Source: Aeromonas aquatica
GTDB taxonomy: Bacteria > Pseudomonadota > Gammaproteobacteria > Enterobacterales > Aeromonadaceae
Assembly: GCF_000764655.1 (NCBI RefSeq)
Contig: NZ_JRGL01000101.1
Span: forward strand, 65,262-89,261
Direction of reading: 5' to 3'
Length of the DNA: 24,000 bases
The notes under the pieces were generated by a model. The model had not been told where the DNA came from, made no database searches, and worked only from the letters and a program-made list of their open reading frames with translations. The position numbers were made by a program, and so were the translations under genes. Positions 15,999 through 24,000 of this stretch are shown piece by piece (position 1 is the stretch's first letter; each line of letters starts with the position of its first letter).

Positions 15999-17636
15999 AT
16001 GTTCAACAACATGTCTATTAGCCAGAAACTGAGCGGTGGATTCGCCGTCTTGGGCGTCCTGATCGTCGCCCTTGCCTGGTTCTCCGTGTCCCAGTTGTCG
16101 GGCCTGTATCGTGACAGCACCGAGATCACCGGCAACCTGATCCCGAGCATGCAGGCCGCCAACCAGATGGAGATCGCCCTGCTGGATGCGCGGCGGGCCG
16201 AGCTGAACATGGTGATAGCGGCGCGGGAAGATCAGCAGGAAATCGCGTTGCACGACAAGACCTACCTGGCGGCCAGGCAGGAGTTCGACGCCGCGGCCCA
16301 GGCCTATGGCGCCATGCCGTTCACCTCGAGGCAGGAAGAGCAGGAGTTCATGGCCCTCAAGGCGGCGGCCAGCCAGTACTTCACCTCCCATGAGCAGCTG
16401 ATGGCGGCCCTGCATAAGGGGGATCTGGAACGGGTCATGTCCCTGCGCAAGGGGGAGACCCTGGTCGCGCTGGAGGCGGTCAGCAAGCAGGCACTGCTGC
16501 TGCGCAGCATCAACGACAACGCCGCCCGTGACATGACCACCACCATCAAGGGGGTGTACGAAGATTCCCGGCTGCTCAACATCCTGGTCGGCTCGATCGC
16601 CGTGCTGTTCGTGGTGGTGGTGGCCTGGCTGCTGACCCGGCTCATCCGCAACCCTGTCATGCTGTTGCTGGCCCAGACCCAGAAGGTCTCGGCGGGGGAT
16701 CTGGCGACCGAGCTGAGCCTGGCCCAGTTCAACTATGATGAGCTGGGGCAGCTGGCCAGGGGCTTTGGCGAGATGCAGGGGCGTCTGCGGGATCTGGTCA
16801 GCGAGGTGTCCGGCTCCGTGGTGCAGCTCAGCTCGGCCGCCGAGGAGATCAGTGTGGTCGCCAGGCAGTCGGCATCCAGCATGAACAACCAGCAACATGA
16901 GCTGAATCAGCTTGCTACCGCCATGAATGAGATGCAGGCCACGGTGCAGGAGGTCTCCCGCAACACCAACGACGCGGCGGGGGCGGCCACCCTGGCCAGC
17001 AGCACGGCCGAGCAGGGCGCCCATACCGTCAACGACTCCATAGTGCGGATCGAGCAGGTCGCGACCGCCATCGAGAGCACGGCCGAGGTGATCCGCCAGC
17101 TCGGCGATGACAGCCGCAACATCGGCATGGTGCTGGAGGTGATCCGCGGCATCGCCGAGCAGACCAACCTGCTGGCCCTGAACGCCGCCATCGAGGCGGC
17201 CCGGGCGGGTGAACAGGGGCGTGGGTTTGCGGTGGTGGCCGATGAGGTGCGTACCCTGGCGAAACGGACCCAGGATTCCACCGCCCAGATCAACACCATC
17301 ATCTCCGAGCTGCAGCAGCGGGCGGAGCAGGCCGGCAGCACCATGGCGCAGAGCCAGGCGCTGATGCAGGCGACCGTCGGCACGGCGCGGGAGGCGGGGG
17401 CCTCCATCACCGAGATCAGCGGCTCGGTCGAGAGCATCTCCCAAATGAACATCCAGATAGCGACGGCGACCGAGGAGCAGGGGGCGGTGAGCGAAGAGCT
17501 CAACCGCAACGTGGTCAACATCAGCCATGCTTCGGAGGAGGTGGTGGCCGGGGCGACCCAGATGGCAAATGCCTGTCAGGATCTCAATCTGCTGGCGACG
17601 CAGTTGCAGGAGATGGTGCGTCGTTTCAGGGTGTGA
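15999..17636 (+). CDS. methyl-accepting chemotaxis protein (4HB-type sensor, HAMP, MCP signalling domain)
   Basis: [25 protein letters not shown]..., HAMP-like [21 protein letters not shown], hairpin tip [43 protein letters not shown]. The track start at 15960 is in frame, but 15999 fits the TM start and a nearby AAGGA. Confidence 0.95.
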   Translation: MFNNMSISQKLSGGFAVLGVLIVALAWFSVSQLSGLYRDSTEITGNLIPSMQAANQMEIALLDARRAELNMVIAAREDQQEIALHDKTYLAARQEFDAAAQAYGAMPFTSRQEEQEFMALKAAASQYFTSHEQLMAALHKGDLERVMSLRKGETLVALEAVSKQALLLRSINDNAARDMTTTIKGVYEDSRLLNILVGSIAVLFVVVVAWLLTRLIRNPVMLLLAQTQKVSAGDLATELSLAQFNYDELGQLARGFGEMQGRLRDLVSEVSGSVVQLSSAAEEISVVARQSASSMNNQQHELNQLATAMNEMQATVQEVSRNTNDAAGAATLASSTAEQGAHTVNDSIVRIEQVATAIESTAEVIRQLGDDSRNIGMVLEVIRGIAEQTNLLALNAAIEAARAGEQGRGFAVVADEVRTLAKRTQDSTAQINTIISELQQRAEQAGSTMAQSQALMQATVGTAREAGASITEISGSVESISQMNIQIATATEEQGAVSEELNRNVVNISHASEEVVAGATQMANACQDLNLLATQLQEMVRRFRV

Positions 17637-17661
17637 GCACCCGCTGACGATGGCCCTTAGC

Positions 17662-17694
17662 ACGGGCCCGGATCTCGTATCCGGGCCCGTTTTG
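17662..17694 (+). terminator. rho-independent terminator
   Basis: acgggcccggat-ctcgt-atccgggcccgttttgtttt. Confidence 0.88.
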
Positions 17695-17799
17695 TTTTGC
17701 TGTGCCGGGCCGGCTCTTCCCGTTTGATGCTCATCCCTTGTCCCCCCGCCCGTTCTTGGGCATCCTAATGGCCCCATTGATTGGCCGGATTCTGGATGT

Positions 17800-18696
17800 A
17801 TGAACCTTCGCGATCTCGAGTATTTGGTAGCGCTGGAAGAGGAGAAACACTTTCGCAAGGCGGCGGAGCGCTGCTTCGTCAGTCAGCCGACCCTGAGTGG
17901 CCAGCTGCGCAAGCTGGAAGATGAGCTGGGGGTGATCCTGATCGAGCGCACCTCCCGCAAGGTGCTGTTCACCCCCGCCGGCGACGCCATGGCCCTGCAG
18001 GCCCGCAAGGTGCTCAAGGAGGTGCGCGAGCTGAAAAGCATCGGCCAGCACTTTGCCGAACCCATGTCCGGCGAGATCCACATCGGCTTCATTCCCACCG
18101 TGGGCCCCTATCTCTTGCCCCACATCATTCAGGATCTGCGGGAACATTTCCCCAAGTTGGAGTTCTACCTCTACGAGGAGCAGACCCAGGCGTTGCTCAA
18201 GCGGCTGGAGGAGGGGACCCTGGATTGCATCATACTGGCCGAGCTGGAAGGGATGGAGGGATTTGGCTCTATACCGCTGTATCAGGAGCCCATGTGGCTC
18301 GCCGTGCCTCAGCAGCATCCCGAGGCGCACGCCAAGGCGGTGCCACTGCACAACCTTAAGGGCAAGAAGCTGCTGATGCTGGCCGACGGCCACTGCCTGC
18401 GGGAGCAGGCTCTGGGCTTCTGCTTCGCCGCCGGCATTGGTGAGGATCAGCGTTTCAAGGGCACCAGTCTCGAGACCCTGCGCAACATGGTGGCGGCGGG
18501 CAGTGGCCTGACCCTGATCCCCCGACTTGCCGTGCCGGCCAATCCCGAGGAGGGCGGTGTCAGCTACCGGCCCGTGGTGGATCCGGTGCCGGGCCGCGCC
18601 ATCTCGCTGCTTTACCGCCATTATTCGGTGCGAAGGCCCTGTTTCAATGAGCTGGCCGCTCGCATCTCACTGCTGATGAGACCATTACTGGGATAA
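17800..18696 (+). CDS. oxyR: hydrogen-peroxide-responsive LysR-type regulator OxyR
   Basis: MNLRDLEYLVALEEEKHFRKAAERCFVSQPTLSGQLRKLEDELGVILIERTSRKVLFT; redox cysteine segment DGHCLREQALGFCF; KGTSLETLRNMVAAGSGLTLIP. Confidence 0.95.
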   Translation: MNLRDLEYLVALEEEKHFRKAAERCFVSQPTLSGQLRKLEDELGVILIERTSRKVLFTPAGDAMALQARKVLKEVRELKSIGQHFAEPMSGEIHIGFIPTVGPYLLPHIIQDLREHFPKLEFYLYEEQTQALLKRLEEGTLDCIILAELEGMEGFGSIPLYQEPMWLAVPQQHPEAHAKAVPLHNLKGKKLLMLADGHCLREQALGFCFAAGIGEDQRFKGTSLETLRNMVAAGSGLTLIPRLAVPANPEEGGVSYRPVVDPVPGRAISLLYRHYSVRRPCFNELAARISLLMRPLLG

Positions 18697-18713
18697 TGCT
18701 CGGCATGCCAAAT

Positions 18714-18747
18714 AAAAAACCGGCGCCAAGGGCGCCGGTTTTTTTAC
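18714..18747. terminator. bidirectional rho-independent terminator between oxyR and mrcA
   Basis: aaaaaaccggcgcc-aag-ggcgccggttttttt. Confidence 0.9.
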
Positions 18748-18762
18748 ATGTCGGGGTTCTGC

Positions 18763-21252
18763 TTAGAAGATATCGTCGGTCGAGACGGGACCATCGCTGC
18801 TGGAGCCATCGCCACCGTAGACCTGATTGCCGTCGGAGAGCTGGCTCGCGTAGCGGGTAGGCTCAGTCCCTTCCTTGAAGAACTCCTCGGTGGTGCTGCC
18901 GTCGGTGCGATTGGTCAACAGACCGGTTTCGCGATCGATGCGCACCTGCATGACCCCCTCCGGCACCGGCATCTTGCGCTCCGGTACCTGTTGCAGCGCG
19001 GTCTTCATGAAGTCGATCCAGATGGGCTGAGCGGCGCCGCCACCGAACTCGGCCCGTCCCAGACCACGCTGGTGGTTGTCAAAACCGATCCAGGAGGTGG
19101 CGACCAGATTCGGGGTGTAGCCGGAGAACCAGGCATCCCGCGATTCGTTGGTGGTCCCGGTCTTGCCCGAGATATCGTGACGCTTGAGATCACGGGCCGC
19201 GCGCCAGCCGGTACCACGCCAGCCGTTGCCACCCCAGATGGCGGTGGTCAGGGTGTCGGTCACCAGGAAGGCGCTCTGGGCACTGATGGTCTGCGGTGCC
19301 ATGTTGTTGGGCACCACGGGGTCTATCGGGCACTGAGCCTTCCAGTCGCCAACCGTATTGGCATAAGCATCGGCACTGTCGAGGCCGGCGGCGGCGAGCA
19401 CGCCACAATCGCGGCAGGCGGCGGCCGGATTGGCCTGATACAGCGGCGTGCCGAAGCTGTCGGTCACTTCGGTGATGAAGTAAGGGGTGACCTGGAAGCC
19501 GCCGTTGGCCAGCACCGAGTAACCGCGCACCACTTCCAGCGGGGTGAACTCGGCGGCGCCCAGCGCCAGGGATTCGTTGGCGGAGATATGATCCCGTGCG
19601 AAGCCGAAACGGGTCAGGCCGTCGATGTAGGTATCCAGCCCGATGGCGCGCATCAGCCGCACCGACATCACGTTCTTGGACTTGGCGAGCCCCAGACGCA
19701 GGGTGGTGGGGCCTTCATAGATGGCCGGGGAGTTCTTGGGCTGCCACATGGGGCCCTTGGCGGGATCCCACTGGTTGATCGGCGCATCGTTGATCAGGGA
19801 GGCCAGGGTGTAGCCTTGCTCCAGCGCGGTGGCATAGAGGAAGGGCTTGATGTTGGAGCCGACCTGGCGACGGGCCTGATCGACCCGGTTGAATTTGGAC
19901 AGCTCGAAGCTGAAGCCGCCGACCAGCGCCTCTATGGCCCCGTCCTGCGGGTTCATGGCGACCAGGGCGGCGTTGACGTCGGGGATCTGGGACAGCAGCA
20001 GCTCTTCCCCTTTCTCCCGTACCCAGATCTGGGCGCCGACTTTGAGCACATCCCGCGCCGATTTCGGTGCATAACTCTGGCGATCATCGGTGATGAAGGC
20101 GCGTGCCCACTTGATGCCGTTCCAGCCGAGCTCGGCCTGCTTGCCGTTCTTGAGGGTCAGGGTGGCACTCTTGTCACCCAGCTTGGTGACCACGGCCGCC
20201 ATCAGCGGCTGGTAAGTGGGTTGCTTGGCCAGATGGGCCATGATCTGTTCGTAATCCCAGGCGGGCTCCCCCGCCTTCCACAGCAAGGCGGTCGGGCCGC
20301 GATAGCCATGGCGGGTGTCGTAATCGAATACCCCGTCCAGCAGTGCTTGGTGGGCGGCGCGCTGACGCTTGGCGGTGACGGTGGTGTAGACGTGCAGCCC
20401 CATGGTGTAGGCGTCTTCGCCAAACTGCTCCACCATCTTCTGGCGCACCATCTCGCTCAGGTAAGGGGCATCGAGGGTCGTTTCGGCGCCGTGATAGCGG
20501 GCCTTGATCGGCATCTTGGAGGCTTCATCAAACTGGGCCTGGGTGATCTTGCCGGTCTCCAGCATGCGCCCCAGCACCACGTTGCGGCGCGCAAAGGCGC
20601 GCTCGGGGGAGCGAATGGGGTTGAGCATGGAAGGCGCCTTGGGCAAGCCGGCGATGATGGCAATCTCGTCTAGGGTCAGATCCTTGACCTCCTTGCCAAA
20701 ATAGACCTGCGCGGCGGCGCCGACCCCGAATGCCCGATAGCCGAGCGGGATCTTGTTGAGATAGAGCGTCAGGATCTCGTCCTTGGAGAGATTCTGCTCG
20801 ATGCGCCAGGCCAGGAACACTTCCTTGACCTTGCGCACAATGGTCTTCTCGTTGCTCAGGAAGAAGTTGCGGGCCACCTGCTGGGTGATGGTACTGGCGC
20901 CCTGACGGGCCTGGCCGGAGACGGCCCAGACGGTGGCGGCACGGATGATGCCGATGGGATCGATACCCGGGTGCTCATAGAAACGGGCATCCTCGGTGGC
21001 GAGCACCGCATCGATCATGGGCTGGGGAATCTCGTCCAGCCGCAACGGGATGCGACGAATTTCGCCAAATTGGGAGATCAGTTCCCCATCCCGGCTGTAC
21101 ACCTTCATCGGGGTGGCCAGCTTGACGTCGCGCAGTGCGCTCACATCCGGCAACTGGGGCTTGATGTAGAAATAGATGCCGATGAGGCTGGCAACACCCA
21201 GCGCTGCACCCAGCATCATGACAATAAACAGGCGAACGAGCCATTTCAGCAT
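18763..21252 (-). CDS. mrcA: penicillin-binding protein 1A, bifunctional transglycosylase/transpeptidase
   Basis: Glycosyltransferase motifs EDARFYEHPGID, GASTITQQVARN; transpeptidase motifs GSNIKP, SKN, KTGTTN. ORF opens at 21285, but MLKWLVRLF at 21252 is the likely start. Confidence 0.97.
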   Translation of the reverse strand: MLKWLVRLFIVMMLGAALGVASLIGIYFYIKPQLPDVSALRDVKLATPMKVYSRDGELISQFGEIRRIPLRLDEIPQPMIDAVLATEDARFYEHPGIDPIGIIRAATVWAVSGQARQGASTITQQVARNFFLSNEKTIVRKVKEVFLAWRIEQNLSKDEILTLYLNKIPLGYRAFGVGAAAQVYFGKEVKDLTLDEIAIIAGLPKAPSMLNPIRSPERAFARRNVVLGRMLETGKITQAQFDEASKMPIKARYHGAETTLDAPYLSEMVRQKMVEQFGEDAYTMGLHVYTTVTAKRQRAAHQALLDGVFDYDTRHGYRGPTALLWKAGEPAWDYEQIMAHLAKQPTYQPLMAAVVTKLGDKSATLTLKNGKQAELGWNGIKWARAFITDDRQSYAPKSARDVLKVGAQIWVREKGEELLLSQIPDVNAALVAMNPQDGAIEALVGGFSFELSKFNRVDQARRQVGSNIKPFLYATALEQGYTLASLINDAPINQWDPAKGPMWQPKNSPAIYEGPTTLRLGLAKSKNVMSVRLMRAIGLDTYIDGLTRFGFARDHISANESLALGAAEFTPLEVVRGYSVLANGGFQVTPYFITEVTDSFGTPLYQANPAAACRDCGVLAAAGLDSADAYANTVGDWKAQCPIDPVVPNNMAPQTISAQSAFLVTDTLTTAIWGGNGWRGTGWRAARDLKRHDISGKTGTTNESRDAWFSGYTPNLVATSWIGFDNHQRGLGRAEFGGGAAQPIWIDFMKTALQQVPERKMPVPEGVMQVRIDRETGLLTNRTDGSTTEEFFKEGTEPTRYASQLSDGNQVYGGDGSSSDGPVSTDDIF

Positions 21253-21449
21253 GGAAGAACTACCAATCGTCTTAAAATTAGCCAACGGGCGCAGAGTATA
21301 GCCTTTTTACCCCCGCAGATTCGAGATTTTCCTGTCCACAGACCCTGACCTCGAGAAGAGGCGCGAGGGTAGCATTCCATGGCGCAATTACCAAGGGGGC
21401 GGCGGCCATGGCCGAAAGGAGAGCCGCGTCAATTTTTGACATAAACTTT

Positions 21450-21477
21450 ATGACATTGATAGATAGAGCATTATATT
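21450..21477 (+). promoter_or_regulatory. putative promoter for the pilMNOP operon (ATGACA, 16 bp, TATATT)
   Basis: Located ~70 bp upstream of pilM. An overlapping TTGACA occurs at 21436-21441 with a weaker -10. Confidence 0.45.
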
Positions 21478-21549
21478 GAGGTAAGTCATCACCTCGTGAT
21501 GAGCTGTCCTACAATAAGTCCTAAAACCCAATAACGCATGGATGTGTAT

Positions 21550-22611
21550 ATGTTTGGGCTATTCAGCAAAGGATCCCTCCTCTCCTTGGCGGGTATTGAT
21601 TTTGGCAGTCAAACCATCAAGGCCGTCACCCTCAGCGGACGTCCCGGCAAGGTGCATCTCGAATCGGTCGCCGAGATAGCCACGCCCAAGGGCACGTTGG
21701 TCGATTACCAATTGCAGGATATCGAACGGGTCAGCCAATCCCTCAAGTCACTCAAGCGCCTCATTCAGGGGGAGTGCGAGCACGTGGCCACCGCGGTGAC
21801 TGGCTCCAACGTCATCACCAAGGTCATCCAGGTCGATGCCAAGATCAGCGACAGCGAACTGGAGAGTCAAGTCCAGCTGGAAGCGGAGCAAATCATCCCT
21901 TTCCCCCTCGATGAGGTCAGCCTGGATTTCGAGATCCTCGGCATGACGACCGACGAGGCCCGCCAGGAGGTGCTGCTCAGCGCGGCCCGTACCGAAAGCG
22001 TCAGCGGCCGGGTCAGTGCGCTCACCGAGGCGGGCATGATCACCAAGGTGGTGGACGTGGGGGCTCATGCGCTCGGACGCGCTGTGCTGGCCTGTCTGCC
22101 CGAGTTGCAGACAGCGGATAAGCCGATCGGCATCATCGATATCGGTGCCAGTGCCATGACCTTTGCCGCCCTGCTCAGAGGCCAGATCATCTACTCCCGC
22201 TTGCAGAACTTCGGGGGCGATCAATACAGCCAGGCCCTAGCGTCTTTTTACAGCATGAGTCTGGAGGAGGCCGAGCTTGCCAAGATCAAGGGCAACTTGC
22301 CTGCGGATCATGAAGTCGATGTGCTCTCACCCCATCTCAGTTCGCTTGTGCTTCAGGTAAGGCGCAATGTGCAGCTGTTTTGCAGCTCGTCGGGCAACAA
22401 GGAACTATCCAGACTGGTGCTGACAGGAGGTGGCAGCTTGTTGCCGGGCCTGGCTCAGCAGATAGGTCGCGAGCTTAATTGCGATGTCTTGCATCCCGAT
22501 CCCTTCGTGTTGTTTGGCAAACCCAAGGGAGATGGGGGGGAAACTCATGGGGCCAAGTACATGGCTGCGTTGGGTCTGGCACTGCGGAGCTTCACACCAT
22601 GTCAAATATAA
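21550..22611 (+). CDS. pilM: type IV pilus biogenesis protein PilM
   Basis: MFGLFSKGSLLSLAGIDFGSQTIKAVTLSG..., actin/FtsA-like fold motifs IGIIDIGASAMTFA and LVLTGGGSLLPGL; followed by pilN, pilO, pilP. ATG 21538 is an alternative start. Confidence 0.95.
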   Translation: MFGLFSKGSLLSLAGIDFGSQTIKAVTLSGRPGKVHLESVAEIATPKGTLVDYQLQDIERVSQSLKSLKRLIQGECEHVATAVTGSNVITKVIQVDAKISDSELESQVQLEAEQIIPFPLDEVSLDFEILGMTTDEARQEVLLSAARTESVSGRVSALTEAGMITKVVDVGAHALGRAVLACLPELQTADKPIGIIDIGASAMTFAALLRGQIIYSRLQNFGGDQYSQALASFYSMSLEEAELAKIKGNLPADHEVDVLSPHLSSLVLQVRRNVQLFCSSSGNKELSRLVLTGGGSLLPGLAQQIGRELNCDVLHPDPFVLFGKPKGDGGETHGAKYMAALGLALRSFTPCQI

Positions 22612-23168
22612 ACCTCCTGCCCTGGCGAGTGGCCAGGGCCCAGCACCAGAAGAAGCAGTTTGGCGCCATGATCGGGATTTTTCTGGCGGCGACAGCATCC
22701 TTGGCGTTTGCCATCGACTGGTTGGTGATGCAGCAGATTGGTTATCAGCAACAGCGCAATCAACGGCTGCAACAGGAGATGGCCATACTCGATGCCCAAC
22801 TCGGGGAGATACGGTTGCTCAAGGATCGACGCAAGGAGCTGATCGATCGCATGCAACTCATCGAGCAATTACAGACGCAGCGCAACATACCGGTGCGCCT
22901 GTTCAACCAGTTACCCGTGCTGGTGCCCAACGGGGTCTACCTCAATACCCTTGCACTGCAAAACAACCGGATCGATGTCAACGGCAAGGCCGAAGCCTAT
23001 GGACGGGTTGCCAGCATGATGAGGCGCATCGACAGTTCGGGTTGGCTGGGGCAATCACAAATCAGCACCATCTTCACGGCAGACGTGGCTCCCGTTGCAC
23101 TCAGCCAGTTCTCCATGATGTTCCAGATTGCTGGCACGACCCTGAATGTCGCTAAGGGGCAAGAATGA
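22599..23168 (+). CDS. pilN: type IV pilus biogenesis protein PilN
   Basis: MSNINLLPWRVARAQHQKKQFGAMIG (conserved NLLPWR N-terminus), one TM, located between pilM and pilO. The track ORF starts upstream inside pilM. Confidence 0.93.
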   Translation: MSNINLLPWRVARAQHQKKQFGAMIGIFLAATASLAFAIDWLVMQQIGYQQQRNQRLQQEMAILDAQLGEIRLLKDRRKELIDRMQLIEQLQTQRNIPVRLFNQLPVLVPNGVYLNTLALQNNRIDVNGKAEAYGRVASMMRRIDSSGWLGQSQISTIFTADVAPVALSQFSMMFQIAGTTLNVAKGQE

Positions 23169-23764
23169 ACCTGCAACAGCTCAATGATCTGGATCTCAAT
23201 GACATAGCCCGCTGGCCCAAGGTGGCAAAGGGGGTCTTCATTTTGTTCTGTTGTGCCTTGCTTGGCGGTGCCATCTATTACTACGTGATTGCCAATTCTC
23301 TGACGGCACTGCGCCAGGAGGCGGGTAAAGAGAATGAGTTGAAGGCCCAGTTCGAGAGCAAGGCCATGCTGGCCGCCAATCTGGGAGCATACAAGAAACA
23401 AATGGTGCAGCTTGAACAGTTGGTGGATACCCAGCTCAAGCAGTTGCCCAATACCCATGAAGTGGCGGGGCTGCTGGATGACATCAGCTTCATTGCCACC
23501 GACAACGGTCTCAAACTGAACAGGATCAACTGGGAGGCCGAGATCCAGCACGAGTTTTCAACCGAGCTTCCCATGCGTATCGAGGTGGTGGGTACCTATC
23601 ACGAGCTCGGTAAATTCACGGCCGACATGGCCGCCTTGCCGCGTATCGTGATCCTGGAGTCCTTCCTGCTCAATCAAAGCAAGGAGCAAGGAGAGATGAT
23701 TGGCATGTCCATGCAGGCCAAAACTTACAAATACAACGGTAAAACCGTGGAGCAGAAGCCATGA
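23165..23764 (+). CDS. pilO: type IV pilus biogenesis protein PilO
   Basis: MNLQQLNDLDLNDIARWPKVAKGVFILFCCALLGGAIYYYVI; ATGA overlap with pilN; conserved operon position. Confidence 0.93.
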   Translation: MNLQQLNDLDLNDIARWPKVAKGVFILFCCALLGGAIYYYVIANSLTALRQEAGKENELKAQFESKAMLAANLGAYKKQMVQLEQLVDTQLKQLPNTHEVAGLLDDISFIATDNGLKLNRINWEAEIQHEFSTELPMRIEVVGTYHELGKFTADMAALPRIVILESFLLNQSKEQGEMIGMSMQAKTYKYNGKTVEQKP

Positions 23765-24000
23765 GCATGAGAGTGATCGGCCTCCTCTTGCCGGTGCTGT
23801 TGTTAACGGCTTGTGGCGGACAGGAAGACATGGATGAATATGTGCAGCAAACCAAGGCAAGGCAGCCCATTCCTATCGAGCCTTTGCCGGAAATAAAGCC
23901 ATTTACTCCAATGGCCTATCAGCGAAGTGATCAACGCAGCCCGTTCATTGAGCCTCAGCCAGAGACCAGCTCCAGGATCGATGCCAAGGCCAAACCGGAT
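23761..24000 (+). CDS. pilP: type IV pilus biogenesis lipoprotein PilP, truncated by the window end
   Basis: ATG overlaps the pilO stop; MSMRVIGLLLPVLLLTACGGQEDMDEYVQQTKARQPIPIEPLPEIKPFTPMAYQRSDQRSPF with lipobox LTAC. Confidence 0.92.
   Translation, partial: MSMRVIGLLLPVLLLTACGGQEDMDEYVQQTKARQPIPIEPLPEIKPFTPMAYQRSDQRSPFIEPQPETSSRIDAKAKPD

Noticed and set aside
15942-17858. 638-aa antisense ORF over the MCP gene
   Set aside because: Low-complexity His/Gln/Gly-rich shadow of a well supported MCP; no ribosome site or motif.
18748-20673. 641-aa ORF antisense to mrcA
   Set aside because: Shadow ORF opposite a gene with all PBP1A catalytic motifs; includes terminator sequence at its start.
22484-23155. 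223-aa ORF overlapping pilN in another frame
   Set aside because: The 22479..23168 frame encodes the conserved PilN; this one has no motif and atypical composition.
1-24000. CRISPR arrays, tRNA/rRNA genes, IS elements, toxin-antitoxin, retron or defence cassettes
   Set aside because: No regularly spaced repeats, structured RNA genes or relevant protein motifs were recognised; the gene content is mostly standard chromosomal backbone plus a fimbrial cluster.

Overview
This 24 kb window is high-GC gammaproteobacterial chromosome. Gene content and order look most like Aeromonas; that assignment is inference from recognised protein families, with no database search run. Left to right it contains: a truncated glycerophosphodiester phosphodiesterase (-); a large MscM/MscK-type mechanosensitive channel (-); a MATE efflux protein (+); an M23/LytM-like peptidase (-); a five-gene chaperone-usher fimbrial cluster (subunit, chaperone, usher, second chaperone, tip/adhesin-like subunit) followed by a polytopic membrane protein (+); a LysR regulator (-) divergent from an MBL-fold-like secreted protein (+); a DsbA/FrnE-like thioredoxin-fold protein (+); a methyl-accepting chemotaxis protein (+); OxyR (+); PBP1A/MrcA (-); and the start of the type IV pilus operon pilM-N-O-P (+). 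No CRISPR array, tRNA/rRNA, transposase, toxin-antitoxin or defence cassette was recognised. The most unusual structure is a diverged tandem duplication of the last ~115 bp of the mechanosensitive channel gene, where the copies differ only at synonymous third positions over the conserved coding part. Other points worth a second look are an MBL-fold-like protein lacking the usual first zinc-binding motif, the two-chaperone fimbrial cluster, and candidate operator repeats in two divergent intergenic regions. I found no convincing new biological system.
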